The notes: generated by a model from the letters alone, not told the origin. A DNA stretch of 64,000 nt from Candidatus Hydrogenedentota bacterium (GCA_963668025.2 CAXXTH010000010.1:896001-960000); one strand, 5' to 3'; shown: positions 38,720 to 49,937, counted from the stretch's first letter. A program made the numbers and translations.

Positions 38720-41389
38720 TCAACTCACCATCGGATTCCGTTTTTCAGGATTGATCGCAAGCACTTCACGCGCCTTCTGTATGGCTTTCTGATCTAGTGC
38801 GCCGTCGCGGGCCAGGCCGCATATGGCCGCATAGGCGATATGCCGGGCGTCCATTTCGAAGAAATCGCGCAAGGCCGCGCGCGATTCGCTTCGCCCAAAA
38901 CCGTCGGTGCCTAGGGCGATGCAGGGTCGCGGCATCCATTTCGCCAAGAGATCAGGCAGGGCTTTTACGTAGTCCGATGCCGCTACAATAACGCCCGGTT
39001 CGTTCTGGAGGCATTGCGTGACGTAGGGCGTGCGGGGCGGCTTGTCCGCGTGCAATAAGTTATACCGGTCCGCATCAAGGCCGTCGCGCCGTAATTCTTT
39101 ATAACTGGTGATGCTCCATACATCCGCCGCCACCTCGAAATGCTCCGCCAGCAGCGCCTGGGCATGCAGCGCTTCGTTCATGATCGCGCCGCTGCCGAGA
39201 ATCTGTGCGCGGAGTGTAAAGTCTGTCTTTTCGCTCGGGCGGAACTTATACATGCCCTTCAAGATGCCTTCCTTGCAGTCTTCCGGCATGAGGGGCATAG
39301 GGTAATTTTGATTCTCGACAGTGAGGTAATAGAAGATGTCTTCTTGCTCTTCATACATCCGGCGGATGCCTTCGCGTACGATGACGGCGATCTCGAAGGC
39401 ATAGGCGGGGTCGTAGGCCAGCAGATTCGGAATGGGCTGAGCCAGGAGATGGCTATGGCCGTCCTGGTGTTGAAGGCCTTCGCCATTGAGGGTCGTACGG
39501 CCCGCCGTGCCGCCCACGAGGAAGCCTTTGCAGCGCATGTCGCCCGCCGCCCAGATCAAGTCGCCGATGCGCTGGAATCCGAACATGCTGTAATAGATGA
39601 AAAATGGGATCATCGGAATGCCATGCACGGCATACGATGTGCCCGCGGCAATGAAGGACGACATCGAGCCTGCTTCGGTGAGTCCTTCCTCGAGAATCTG
39701 GCCGTCCGTCGCTTCTTTGTAATACAGCAGGCTGTCGCTGTCCACGGGTTCATAGAGCTGGCCGCTGTGGGCGTAAATTCCGACTTGCCGGAACAGGGCT
39801 TCCATACCGAACGTGCGCGCCTCATCGGGCACGATGGGGACGATGTATTTGCCCAGTTCCTTGTCGTGCAACAGGGCATGGAGGACGCGGACAAACGCCA
39901 TGGTCGTCGAGACGCCCCGCTCGCCCGTGCCCTCGAACAACTCTTTGAACGCGGCTTCGGGCGGGGCTTTAAGTATCGGGCAGTCCACGACGCGTGAAGG
40001 CACGTATCCGCCCAGGGACTCGCGGCATTCGCGGAGATACGCCATCTCGGGGCTGCCCTCGGGCGGGCGGTAGAAGGGTGCGTATGCTACATCTTCATCG
40101 GAAATGGGGATGCCGAAGCGGGTGCGGAATTCGCGCAGTTCATCTTCGTTTAGCTTCTTTTGCTGATGGGTGATGTTCTTGCCTTCGCCGCTTTCCCCGA
40201 GGCCGTAGCCTTTGATGGTTTTCGCCAGGATGACCGTGGGCTGGCCTTTGTGGGTCACTGCGGCCTGGAATGCTGCATATACTTTAAGCGGGTCGTGGCC
40301 GCCGCGCTGCATTTTTCGGAGCTGTTCATCGGTGTAATGCCGCACTATTTCCGCCAGCTTCGGATCCTTGCCGAAGAAGTGCTCACGGATATACGAGCCT
40401 GGCTCGGTGCTGTATTTCTGATACTCTCCATCGACCACTTCGCCCATGCGCTCGACGAGGCGTCCTTGGCGGTCTTGCGCGAGCAGGGGATCCCAGTCGC
40501 TGCCCCACACCACTTTGATGACATTCCAGCCCGCACCTCTGAAAATGGCTTCGAGTTCCTGGATGATCTTGCCATTGCCGCGCACCGGCCCATCGAGCCG
40601 CTGGAGGTTGCAATTGATAACGAAAATCAAGTTATCGAGTTTTTCGCGCGATGCGAGTGTAATCGCACCGAGCGATTCCGGTTCATCTGTTTCGCCATCG
40701 CCGAGAAACGCCCACACATGGCTGCCGTGGTCTGGTTTCAGGCCGCGATCTTCCAGGTATCGGTTAAAGCGGGCCAGGTAGATGGCCATGATGGGCCCGA
40801 GGCCCATGGATACGGTTGGAAATTGCCAGAAGCCCGGCATGAGCCATGGATGGGGATACGAAGATAGTCCGCCGCCTTCCTGCAATTCCCGCCGGAAATT
40901 CTTGAGCTGTTCTTCGCTCAGACGTCCCTCGATAAACGCGCGTGCGTACAAACCGGGGGCGCTGTGGCCTTGGAAGAAAACTTGGTCGCCGCTATGGTCC
41001 GCGCCGGGGCCTCTAAAGAAATGGTTGAAGCCTACTTCATATAATGTGGCCGCCGAGGCATAGGTGGAGATATGCCCGCCAATGCCTTCCTCGGAGCGGT
41101 TGGCGCGCACGACCATGGCCATGGCGTTCCACCGGATGATGCTCTTGATGCGGCGTTCGATCTCACGGCGGCCCGGATACACCGGCTGCTCTTCGAGCGG
41201 TATGGTGTTGATGTAGGGCGTATTGGCGGTGAACGGCAGGCGCACGCCCGCTTCCTGCGCGCGAATCTGGAGATGGCGCAAGATGTGGAGCACCTGTTCG
41301 GGGCTTTCCTTCTCGATCACATAATTGAGGGACTCGATCCATTCCTGGATCTCCGCATGTTCGATTTTGGCCTGTTCTTCTGGATTCAC
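38720..41389 (-). CDS. aceE: pyruvate dehydrogenase E1, homodimeric
   Basis: GGHIST, YPHPWLMP, GDGETDEPES and GEGLQHQDG. Confidence 0.96.
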   Translation of the reverse strand: MNPEEQAKIEHAEIQEWIESLNYVIEKESPEQVLHILRHLQIRAQEAGVRLPFTANTPYINTIPLEEQPVYPGRREIERRIKSIIRWNAMAMVVRANRSEEGIGGHISTYASAATLYEVGFNHFFRGPGADHSGDQVFFQGHSAPGLYARAFIEGRLSEEQLKNFRRELQEGGGLSSYPHPWLMPGFWQFPTVSMGLGPIMAIYLARFNRYLEDRGLKPDHGSHVWAFLGDGETDEPESLGAITLASREKLDNLIFVINCNLQRLDGPVRGNGKIIQELEAIFRGAGWNVIKVVWGSDWDPLLAQDRQGRLVERMGEVVDGEYQKYSTEPGSYIREHFFGKDPKLAEIVRHYTDEQLRKMQRGGHDPLKVYAAFQAAVTHKGQPTVILAKTIKGYGLGESGEGKNITHQQKKLNEDELREFRTRFGIPISDEDVAYAPFYRPPEGSPEMAYLRECRESLGGYVPSRVVDCPILKAPPEAAFKELFEGTGERGVSTTMAFVRVLHALLHDKELGKYIVPIVPDEARTFGMEALFRQVGIYAHSGQLYEPVDSDSLLYYKEATDGQILEEGLTEAGSMSSFIAAGTSYAVHGIPMIPFFIYYSMFGFQRIGDLIWAAGDMRCKGFLVGGTAGRTTLNGEGLQHQDGHSHLLAQPIPNLLAYDPAYAFEIAVIVREGIRRMYEEQEDIFYYLTVENQNYPMPLMPEDCKEGILKGMYKFRPSEKTDFTLRAQILGSGAIMNEALHAQALLAEHFEVAADVWSITSYKELRRDGLDADRYNLLHADKPPRTPYVTQCLQNEPGVIVAASDYVKALPDLLAKWMPRPCIALGTDGFGRSESRAALRDFFEMDARHIAYAAICGLARDGALDQKAIQKAREVLAINPEKRNPMVS

Positions 41390-41479
41390 GTCGTCCCGCC
41401 TGTTCCATGGCCGGAATGCGCCGGCCTCTCGCGACCCGTGAGCGTTGCCTCTCCGCCATACTGAATAGGGTGGGCCAGC

Positions 41480-42001
41480 TTATTTACCTATCTTAATCTG
41501 CCGTTTACGCCGCGTTTTGGGCGCTTCAGGAGTTTCCGGCGCCGTTGCGGGCGCTGCTGGCGTGTCTTCCAGGCGCTTGCGTACGTCGCGTGCGCCTAAA
41601 GGACGCAGCGCCATGAGCGCTTCATACGTGCTATTGCGCAGGCGAAGCCGGCCATCTTTACGTTCCCATTGATACACCGCTTGGCTGCTCACGCCTACTA
41701 GGCTTGCGAGTTCGCCTTGCGTGATACTCCATTTCTGCCTCAAGTTGCGGATCGTCTTTCCAGAAAATCGCGCATTCGAGGTCTCAGCCGTCTTTTCTGT
41801 TTCCATTTCCGGCCGCGATTCTATTTTAGTGCGAGCAGGTTTTTTATCTGCTTTCTCTAACGTTTCCAAACGCCGTTTCAGTTCCGAAAGGGCCCGGCGC
41901 AGGGCCATATTTTCTTTGTGCAGCGCATCTGTTGTTTTGCGTATTTCCTTGCGCGCCAGGCGCTCGATCTCATCTTTTAACAATTTGGCGACATTAGGCA
42001 T
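41480..42001 (-). CDS. XRE-family HTH protein with N-terminal coiled coil
   Basis: ITQGELASLVGVSSQAVYQWE. Confidence 0.85.
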   Translation of the reverse strand: MPNVAKLLKDEIERLARKEIRKTTDALHKENMALRRALSELKRRLETLEKADKKPARTKIESRPEMETEKTAETSNARFSGKTIRNLRQKWSITQGELASLVGVSSQAVYQWERKDGRLRLRNSTYEALMALRPLGARDVRKRLEDTPAAPATAPETPEAPKTRRKRQIKIGK

Positions 42002-42291
42002 TCTACTATCTCCTTCAAATACTCACTGCAAAGCCTTGCTTAACTAACTCTCACTTGGTTTCGTATGGGCGCGCAGAAAGGTTTCGGCCTTGTTTGTGCA
42101 ATTCCTGCGCAAAGGCTTGGCTTGGGCTTAACACACCATGATCTAAACCATGTCAGGCTCTAAGTATTCCTGCAAGCGTATGGGGTTGTCAAATCATGTG
42201 AAGAGGCCTATTTGCAGCAGGGCGTGTGTGATAAGTGCATACCAGCGAAAACTCTTTTGGAATGAACTTGGAATTCGCAGTATGCAGGGTG

Positions 42292-43323
42292 TTAGGCGAT
42301 ATCAAGGAATGCTTGAACCTGATCTTCGATATCAGCCCGCAGAATAGCGATTTTCATATCATTCAGGCCAAGATATTTAGTTGAGGCGTGGCCAAGCAAA
42401 GACGGGACATCTTCACTTTCTTCACTAAAAGATAAGTCTGCTATCACGCTGGCGAGCGCGACAACATGGACAAATGGCAGCCAATGATCATCCGGCGTGC
42501 AATCCACATTTTCTTGGCAGAATGCGGAGACGCCAAATTCTGGCGGAAGTTTCCAAGAATTCAGGATGTGCAGCCCGATCAAGCAGTGGTAGCTGCTCAA
42601 TACTTCATCAAGCAGCTCGGGCGCTTGCCGGAGGATATGGGTGGCGTTATCGGAGAAACCGGATGGGATCTGGTTAGCCACCAGATCTAGAATCAACACC
42701 TTGCCGATGTCGTGGAGCAGCCCCATGACAAACAAGATTTCACTTGATGGCAATGCAAGCAAGTGGGCTAGCTCCCGGGCGCAGCATGCCGTCACGAGGG
42801 AATGTGTTCGGAATGCAGCCATCATGGAGCTGAATTTGGGGTCTTTCGTCACATAGAGCCTGCCGCTGGCGGCCACTTGGACCGTCGTCGCCACATTGCG
42901 AAGGCCAAGCCGGGCACAGGCCGCCGCCAGGTCCTTTATATCCGTCAGGCCTCCATATAAGGCGCTATTGGCGACTTGGAGGATTTTAATGGCAATGACA
43001 GGATCGCGCTCGATTACGCTGCTTAGGCTGGCCATTGTTACATCGGGGTCGTTGAGCATGCGCAGCACTTCGTGGGCGACGGCGGGCAGCATGGGAAGGC
43101 GCTGGATGCTCTCGGGCAGTGCTTTCAGCAAATCATGGCCGATGGAGCCTGGGCGCGCAGTTAGCCGGATATCGGGCTGCCCAGGCAGAGGCTTCACTGT
43201 GGGTTCCATGCTTCCCAGGGATATTGTAAGTGGATTTTTGCATTCTGTGCAGGGTAATAACACTGCATATTGAAATGATTGCGCATCGGCGGCGAGGCTC
43301 GCTTCGCAGAAAGGGCATTTCAT
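42292..43323 (-). CDS. HDOD domain protein with N-terminal Zn ribbon
   Basis: CPFC..CTEC; DPVIAIKILQVANSALY; GLLHDIGK. Confidence 0.88.
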   Translation of the reverse strand: MKCPFCEASLAADAQSFQYAVLLPCTECKNPLTISLGSMEPTVKPLPGQPDIRLTARPGSIGHDLLKALPESIQRLPMLPAVAHEVLRMLNDPDVTMASLSSVIERDPVIAIKILQVANSALYGGLTDIKDLAAACARLGLRNVATTVQVAASGRLYVTKDPKFSSMMAAFRTHSLVTACCARELAHLLALPSSEILFVMGLLHDIGKVLILDLVANQIPSGFSDNATHILRQAPELLDEVLSSYHCLIGLHILNSWKLPPEFGVSAFCQENVDCTPDDHWLPFVHVVALASVIADLSFSEESEDVPSLLGHASTKYLGLNDMKIAILRADIEDQVQAFLDIA

Positions 43324-43334
43324 GGCTTTATTCC

Positions 43335-45218
43335 TTATTGCGTCATCGCTAGTATCTGGTGGAGCGGCCGTATGTCGAATGTATTTGGCGTATGGCGCAG
43401 CACTTCATCGAACGTGGTGCGCCCGCGAATCACTTTGGCTATTCCATCTTCCCGCATGCTGATAAGGCCGGTAGACGCCGTGCAGGTTTTCCGGATGTAT
43501 CCGGAGGTCTTTTTTTGTAGAATGGCTTCCTTAACTTGATCGTTTAAAATGAGCAGTTCGTAAACGCCTACGCGCCCATAATAGCCTGTGTAACTGCAAT
43601 GGGTGCATCCATTGCCCTTGGTAAATTCATATTGGCGGATTTCCTTCGCGTCGAGGCCCAGGCGGTCGAGTGTTTGGAAGGATGGCACATAAACAGACGC
43701 GCAATGCTCGCAGATGCGGCGCAATAGACGCTGGGCGAGCACGCTGATCACGGTTGAGGAAATGAGGAAGGTCTCGATATCCATGTCTATAAGCCGGAGC
43801 AGGCCGCCGATGGTGTCTTCGGTATGGAAGGTCGAATAGACCTTATGTCCCGTGAGGGCGGCCTGGATGGCTGTTTCGGCGGTGATACGGTCGCGTATTT
43901 CACCCAGCACGATGATGTCGGGGTCTTGCCGGACGATCTCGCGAAGCGTATGCTCGAATGTCCGGCCGATCTTGTCATGGATGGAGCACTGGATGATCCC
44001 ATCGATCATGTATTCTACGGGATCTTCCGCCGTAATGATTTTAGTGTCCACGGTATTGGAGTAGCCGATGCTGCTGTAAAGGGTGGTGGTTTTTCCGGAA
44101 CCGGTTGGGCCGGTGATCAAGACCACACCCGTGGGGAGTTCGAGCACTTCATATCGGTAGCGTTCGAGCATGGCGGGATTCATGCCCAGCTCGGAAATAT
44201 CCAAGAGCCCTTTTTGCTTGCTCAGCACCCGGAGCACAACGCTTTCCCCGTGGACCGTTACGTATACGGACAGGCGCAAATCATAGGAGTCGCCATTGGA
44301 CTCGAATAGTATCCGGCCGCCTTGATGGCGCTGGTGTTCCGTGATATTTACTTCAGCGAGGATTTTGATGCGGGAAACGATCCGGGGCAGCAATTCTTTG
44401 GGCAGATCCGTCTTATACACCAAAACGCCGTCAATGCGGTAGCGGAGGCGGATCACATCCGTCATGGGCTCGATATGGATATCGCTTGCCCGTTCTTGAA
44501 TGGCGGTAATAATAATATGTTCCACCAATTGGACGATGGCGTCTTCCGCGCCGCCGAACTCGTGCTTCCGTTTTCCGCCGCCGTCTTGCCGGAATCGGCG
44601 AAAATCCTCAAGCGCTCCGCGGATGGCGTCTGCTGGACCCAGCGCGAGGTTATAGGACTGCTTGAACACTTCGGAAATGGAGTTTTTTACCTCATCGGTA
44701 ATGTCATTCACAACGATGGTCACGCAGCCGTGTTCATCCCGGCTGAAGGGCAGAAAAACATGCTCGATGAGATAATCCGGCGCCAGGCTGCCCAAGAGGG
44801 CCTGGTCCAGCATGCCGAAATCAGGTTCGATATAGGGGACGCCGAATTGCCGGGCGAGATTTTGCAAGAGGGTGCGCTCGTTGAGGGCGCCTATTTCGAT
44901 GAGCGCTTGGCCGAGCTTGATCCCTTTTTCTTTTTGCAGGCGGAGCGCCTGCTGCATGGTGTCTTCTGAAACCAGGCCCTGCTCTTGTAGAATTTCTCCA
45001 AGCCGGAAGCCGGAAGCGTGGCCGCTGAGGGCTTCCGCGATGGCCTGTTTCGTGGCGTAGCCCAGTTCGATGAGGATTGAGCCAACTTGCTTGGGCTGTT
45101 CGAGATAACGCTGAATCCGCAGGGCGCGGTCAAGCTGTTTTTGCGTAATGACTCCGGCCTGAATGAGGGCCTGGCCCAATAAGGATTGGGCCGTCTCTTT
45201 TTCCTGATGCTGCGCCAT
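43335..45218 (-). CDS. pilB: type IV pilus/T2SS assembly ATPase (PilB/GspE)
   Basis: N-terminal MshEN-like LG repeats; ASDIHIEP, GPTGSGKTT and RQDPD. Confidence 0.85.
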   Translation of the reverse strand: MAQHQEKETAQSLLGQALIQAGVITQKQLDRALRIQRYLEQPKQVGSILIELGYATKQAIAEALSGHASGFRLGEILQEQGLVSEDTMQQALRLQKEKGIKLGQALIEIGALNERTLLQNLARQFGVPYIEPDFGMLDQALLGSLAPDYLIEHVFLPFSRDEHGCVTIVVNDITDEVKNSISEVFKQSYNLALGPADAIRGALEDFRRFRQDGGGKRKHEFGGAEDAIVQLVEHIIITAIQERASDIHIEPMTDVIRLRYRIDGVLVYKTDLPKELLPRIVSRIKILAEVNITEHQRHQGGRILFESNGDSYDLRLSVYVTVHGESVVLRVLSKQKGLLDISELGMNPAMLERYRYEVLELPTGVVLITGPTGSGKTTTLYSSIGYSNTVDTKIITAEDPVEYMIDGIIQCSIHDKIGRTFEHTLREIVRQDPDIIVLGEIRDRITAETAIQAALTGHKVYSTFHTEDTIGGLLRLIDMDIETFLISSTVISVLAQRLLRRICEHCASVYVPSFQTLDRLGLDAKEIRQYEFTKGNGCTHCSYTGYYGRVGVYELLILNDQVKEAILQKKTSGYIRKTCTASTGLISMREDGIAKVIRGRTTFDEVLRHTPNTFDIRPLHQILAMTQ

Positions 45219-45372
45219 TGTGCTGATCCCGCCCTGATTAGGAATTCATTCAACCGCATGCAAAGCGTTATTTTTACCTTATGGGCAAAGGGCTATCATT
45301 CATAACGCCTGGCGAATGTTTTCTCTTCCTATTACTTCTGTTCCAGGGGCGCTGGCCATGCGGTATTCGGGC

Positions 45373-46518
45373 TTATCTCGTGCGGCGGAGGCTTTGTTCT
45401 AGTTTCCAGCGCAAACTGGGCACTTCCAAGTCTTCAGGAACCATAAGCGGAACAGTGGCAATGGTTTGGCCTTGCAGTTTCACTTCTGCTTCACCGACGA
45501 CAGCGCCATGCTCAGCAGGGGCCCGCAAGTATTGAGGCAGTTGCGCGACGACTTTCAGTGTAGACTTGTCATCTTGCTTAACGGTAATCCACACATCCTC
45601 GGCGGCGGCCAGGTTAATCTCATTGTTTGCGCAGTTATACACACGCACCGCAGGGGCGACGCGCTGTCCCTTTGCGAGGTATTGCACGCGGGTCACTGAA
45701 CTAAAGCCATTTTCAAGAATTTGCTGGGCCGTGTTGAAGCGGTCAAAATTGCTTTGATCACCCATGACCACCGCAATCAGGCGGATGCCGTCGCGCTTAG
45801 CAGTGGCGGTAAGGCAAAAACCAGCGGCGCGGGTAAAGCCGGTTTTGAGCCCATCGCAGTCATCCATGCGCACCAACAGCTTATTGGTATTGGTTTTTTC
45901 CGTTGTACCTGGGCGGAATGCATATTCCTTGGTGCCGACCCATTCCATCAGTTGGGGATTCCGTACGCAGGTTTGGCCTAGGAGCGCCATATCGCGGGCG
46001 GTCGTGAGGTCGCTGGGCTGGCCCGGATCGGGCGGCAGGCCATTGACTGAGTGGAATTGGGTGTGGGCCATGCCTAATTCGCGCGCACGCGTATTCATGG
46101 CTTCCAAGCAAGCGGTGTCGCTTCCCCAAAGCCCTTCCGCCACCGCCACGGCGGCGTCATTGGCTGATGCGACGGCGATGGCTTTCATGAGATCCCCTAG
46201 GGGATGGGTTTCTCCCGCCTTCAAATACACTTGTGTGCCGCCCATGCCCTCCGCAAGCGCAGTAGCCGTGATGGGAGTATCCAGGGTCCATTTGCCGTTT
46301 TCAATCCCCTCTGCCACCAAGAGCATAACGATCAGTTTTAACATGCTCGCGGGCGGCCGTTCGATATCGGCATTTTCTTCTATGATGATCATGCCGGAAT
46401 CGGCTTCGATGCAGATGCTACTAATCGGTGGTTCGTCTGTTAAAGAATCAGATGATTTGGCGACAGCGAGGCCGACTATGCTGATAAATAAAACGAATAG
46501 GATTGCGGTTCGTTTCAC
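45373..46518 (-). CDS. D-alanyl-D-alanine carboxypeptidase (PBP5/6 family)
   Basis: Signal peptide; SMLK, SAN and KTG motifs. Confidence 0.92.
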   Translation of the reverse strand: MKRTAILFVLFISIVGLAVAKSSDSLTDEPPISSICIEADSGMIIIEENADIERPPASMLKLIVMLLVAEGIENGKWTLDTPITATALAEGMGGTQVYLKAGETHPLGDLMKAIAVASANDAAVAVAEGLWGSDTACLEAMNTRARELGMAHTQFHSVNGLPPDPGQPSDLTTARDMALLGQTCVRNPQLMEWVGTKEYAFRPGTTEKTNTNKLLVRMDDCDGLKTGFTRAAGFCLTATAKRDGIRLIAVVMGDQSNFDRFNTAQQILENGFSSVTRVQYLAKGQRVAPAVRVYNCANNEINLAAAEDVWITVKQDDKSTLKVVAQLPQYLRAPAEHGAVVGEAEVKLQGQTIATVPLMVPEDLEVPSLRWKLEQSLRRTR

Positions 46519-46818
46519 GTTTGAGGAATCCTTCTATTTTGAAACAAGCAAAACGGGAACAAGCATTTATGTCATTTTGCTTGTACGGATTGCTGTATTA
46601 CGTATTGGCTCTCATCAATGGAGCAAGGATACAATTTATGCCTGCGTGTCCATGTGGAAATGATCTACAATACAATATATCGTATATAGCCAGAAAGGTC
46701 AACAACAAAATGTGGTTTATTTGCGGTTTCCGCCCATAAGTAGTGTGCTCGCAGGTAGTTGTTGCGCTCCTGGCGGGGATGATTTTCTCTGGCGTAATCC
46801 CCGTGAAAAGGTATAAAT

Positions 46819-46855
46819 AAAAAAAGCCGCGAGTAAACAACCCGCGGCTTTTTTT
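46819..46855. terminator. bidirectional Rho-independent terminator
   Basis: A7-GCCGCG-loop-CGCGGC-T7 after pilQ. Confidence 0.8.
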
Positions 46856-46865
46856 CTAGGCATGC

Positions 46866-49800
46866 TTAGGGCGTCCGCCGCCACTTCCAGATGGGATCGT
46901 TCGTTTCTTCTGGATGGGCGATTTGATGCATCAAGGCCCGCTGGGAATCTGGTTTACTCGGTTCATCGCTCAGCTTGTCATACTCGACTTGTTGTGCCGG
47001 GGTCAGGTCGGGAAGCTGTTCATTGATGACGCGGCATGTCAGGAAGATGAGCAATTCCGTGTGAGTTTTTTCGATATCGGTATTACGGAACATGAAATTG
47101 ACGACAGGCAGATCACCCAAGACGGGGATTTTATTGACATCGTTCCGGCTCGATACATTGCGCAACCCGCCGATGAAGATGGTGCGATTGTCATTGGTGC
47201 GCAAAGTGGTCGTGGCGGTGCGTTTGTCTTCAATAGGCACGCCATCGTCCGTGAGCCCGTTGATCGAGCTCTGTTTCGCGTCGATGTCCACCAATATATC
47301 ATTTTCATGTGTCACGCGTGGCGTCACATTCAATTCGATACCGATCTCTTTGAACGCGGTCGAGGCGACTTCCGGGCCTTGCGTGGATTGGGTCAATTGC
47401 TGGTATGGGTAGTCTTGAACAATGGCTATGTTCGCTTTTTTGTTCTCGACCGTGACGACGACGGGATTTGCTAGAATCTCGGCGTTGTTGCTGGCGACTT
47501 CCGCCGCGATGGCGCCCCGGATGTCTAGTTTTTCCGTAAGAACGCCGAATGTCATGACGCCCGCGTCCAGCCCCGATTCGCCGACATTGCCTAAGGTGGT
47601 CGCGGTATTCAGATCTTGGATGCTGCCAACGATATTGCCGCGTTTATCGGAACGGCCAGGAAGCACCGCGACCTCTTCTCCAGCACTGTCGCGCTGTTTG
47701 ACCAGATCGAGCAGCCAATTGACGCCGGTCTGCGATTCGTCTTGCAGTACGGCATTGACAATCATGGCCTCGATGCCCACTTGCTTGACCGGAGTGTCGA
47801 TATCTTTGATCAATTCGCGCACTTGCTCGATGACCACGGGCAAATCCGTCACGATGATCATCCGCGCCCGTTCGTCTGCTTCCACGGTTCCGCCCATGGA
47901 CTTATTTCCTCCTGAAGCGCTTTTGCCGCCGCCGCTACTGGAGGAACCACGGGTGAGCATGTTTTTCACGATGGGCACGACATCCGCCGGGCTTGCATAA
48001 TTGAGTTTGATGGCTTCCGTGGCGGTTGGCAGGGAGGGCTTGGCCACATCGAGCTGATAGGCCAGTTCTTCCAGGCGCGCCACAATCTTCTCGGGGCCGG
48101 AAACGATGAGGACATTGGTTGTTTCGCTGGCGGCTACAGAGGCCATATTGCCATCCGGTATGCCTTGGAGCACCGTGGTGAGGGTGTCTTGCACTTCGAT
48201 GGCTTGGGCGTTTCTCAAGGTGATCATGCGGGTGGTCCGCCGCGCCGCCACGGCGTCTTCATACCGGGTGATGCGGTATAGCCCTTCTTCCTCGATCAAC
48301 CCGAGGCCATTGATGCGCAATACTTCTTCCATGGCTTTGATGAGAGGGACATCCGTTATTTTGGTTGTCACGGTGCCCGATACGGCGACATCATTGCCCG
48401 CGATGACATTCACGCCTGCTTTTTGCGCCAACAGCGCCACGACATTGCTCAGTTCCATGTTTCTAAAATCAATGGAGACGAGTTGGTAAAGGGGGTCCGT
48501 GTTTGGATCCGCGCCGGTGTTTTCTTTACGGGGAGCAGGAGCGGTTTTCGAGATTTCTGTCGGGGATTGGATGCTATCAATCCGCACCGGTTTTTGGAAT
48601 TCACGAGGAGCAGATTCGGCTTGAGGTTCTGCGCCTTCCGCGGAACGGGGGGCTGGAGGCGCTTGCGAGCCAGGAGCGCTTTCCGTCGCAGGCGTTGATT
48701 CAGGCTCTGTGGCAGGAGGGGTATCTGAGCCAGCGGCTTCTTCGCTAGGGGCTTCCTCGGATGTATCCGTATCTTCGGCAGCGGTTTTCGTTTCTGTTTC
48801 AGCAGAGGCTTCTTCCGCCGGGGCTGCTTCCGCTGGTTTTTCGGCGGAAGTATCCTCAGGCCCGGCTTCAGGCGAGTCCGCTGGCGCGGCTAATGGGGCG
48901 ATATCGCGCCATGGCAATTGGATATCCGTGGTTTGGATGGTTTGAAAACTGGCCGAGGAGGCTAAGTCGATATCCGGTGCGCTAAGAGTCGCAGCCGGAG
49001 CAGGCTCGGGGATAGATGGGGTAGCTTCACGCTGGGACGCCTCGAGCTTGGCTATCCACTCGCTATGCAAGCGGTCGCATTGGCGGGCGAATTCGTCAAA
49101 TTGGCGTTGGTCGTTGGTGATGCTTTTTTCGATGGCCGCCAAGGCGGCGGGCTGGCTTGCGGCTTGTTGGGCAGCGTCAAGCTGCGCCTGCGCATCCGCG
49201 CGTGCCTTTGTTAAGGTTTGTTCCACAGAGGCGTTCAATGCGCCCAAGGCTTCATCACGAGCGGATAGAATTTCCTTAAACCGTGCATCGGAAACATTGC
49301 CTTTGAGGCGCAATGCTTCGAGCGCATCCAGTGAACGCGCCGCCCGTTCATCGATTCGCGCCCGTTCGATGGTTAATCGATCCACCCGATGCTGGAACGC
49401 CGTTGCAACCGGATTGGATGCGTTTGCGGAAGTGGATTGTACGAACTCTATTTCAAGCTGGCCGTCATTTTGCCGGACGACTGGCGTGCAAGGTGTTTCC
49501 AGTTTGAATGCCAGCCTCGATATGAACTGGGGCTCCACGGTATCGAGCGCGCCGCTGACTTCGCGCAGGGGGCTATGCCCGCCGGGGACGATTTTTTGCG
49601 CTCCGATGAGATTCAGCGTGTCATAAAAGCACAGGGTGAAGGCGCGCCCATCCGCGGACGGCTGGGCGTCATACAGGGGCGTTCCATTCGTATGAATGAC
49701 GGCAAGGGCTCTTTCTCCTTCCGCGTAGACTTGCAAGTCGAGTAGGCTTTTGGCTCTCGTGCTTGCCTGTACCAGCGCAGGGTCATCTGGCGAGCGCCCT

Positions 49801-49934
49801 AAGGCGGCCAGCGCATGGCGGAGCACTTCTTGTTTTCTCGATTCCAGCCCATTCGAGGACACTGACGCCCAAGCGGCCAGCGTTCCGAAGCAAAGGGCAA
49901 ATGCTACTATGTAGGTTCGGTTGGAATGCAACAT
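46866..49934 (-). CDS. pilQ: type IV pilus secretin
   Basis: AMIN-like N-terminus, STN and N domains, GIELNVTP and KIPVLGDLP. Confidence 0.88.
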   Translation of the reverse strand: MLHSNRTYIVAFALCFGTLAAWASVSSNGLESRKQEVLRHALAALGRSPDDPALVQASTRAKSLLDLQVYAEGERALAVIHTNGTPLYDAQPSADGRAFTLCFYDTLNLIGAQKIVPGGHSPLREVSGALDTVEPQFISRLAFKLETPCTPVVRQNDGQLEIEFVQSTSANASNPVATAFQHRVDRLTIERARIDERAARSLDALEALRLKGNVSDARFKEILSARDEALGALNASVEQTLTKARADAQAQLDAAQQAASQPAALAAIEKSITNDQRQFDEFARQCDRLHSEWIAKLEASQREATPSIPEPAPAATLSAPDIDLASSASFQTIQTTDIQLPWRDIAPLAAPADSPEAGPEDTSAEKPAEAAPAEEASAETETKTAAEDTDTSEEAPSEEAAGSDTPPATEPESTPATESAPGSQAPPAPRSAEGAEPQAESAPREFQKPVRIDSIQSPTEISKTAPAPRKENTGADPNTDPLYQLVSIDFRNMELSNVVALLAQKAGVNVIAGNDVAVSGTVTTKITDVPLIKAMEEVLRINGLGLIEEEGLYRITRYEDAVAARRTTRMITLRNAQAIEVQDTLTTVLQGIPDGNMASVAASETTNVLIVSGPEKIVARLEELAYQLDVAKPSLPTATEAIKLNYASPADVVPIVKNMLTRGSSSSGGGKSASGGNKSMGGTVEADERARMIIVTDLPVVIEQVRELIKDIDTPVKQVGIEAMIVNAVLQDESQTGVNWLLDLVKQRDSAGEEVAVLPGRSDKRGNIVGSIQDLNTATTLGNVGESGLDAGVMTFGVLTEKLDIRGAIAAEVASNNAEILANPVVVTVENKKANIAIVQDYPYQQLTQSTQGPEVASTAFKEIGIELNVTPRVTHENDILVDIDAKQSSINGLTDDGVPIEDKRTATTTLRTNDNRTIFIGGLRNVSSRNDVNKIPVLGDLPVVNFMFRNTDIEKTHTELLIFLTCRVINEQLPDLTPAQQVEYDKLSDEPSKPDSQRALMHQIAHPEETNDPIWKWRRTP

Positions 49935-49937
49935 CGC

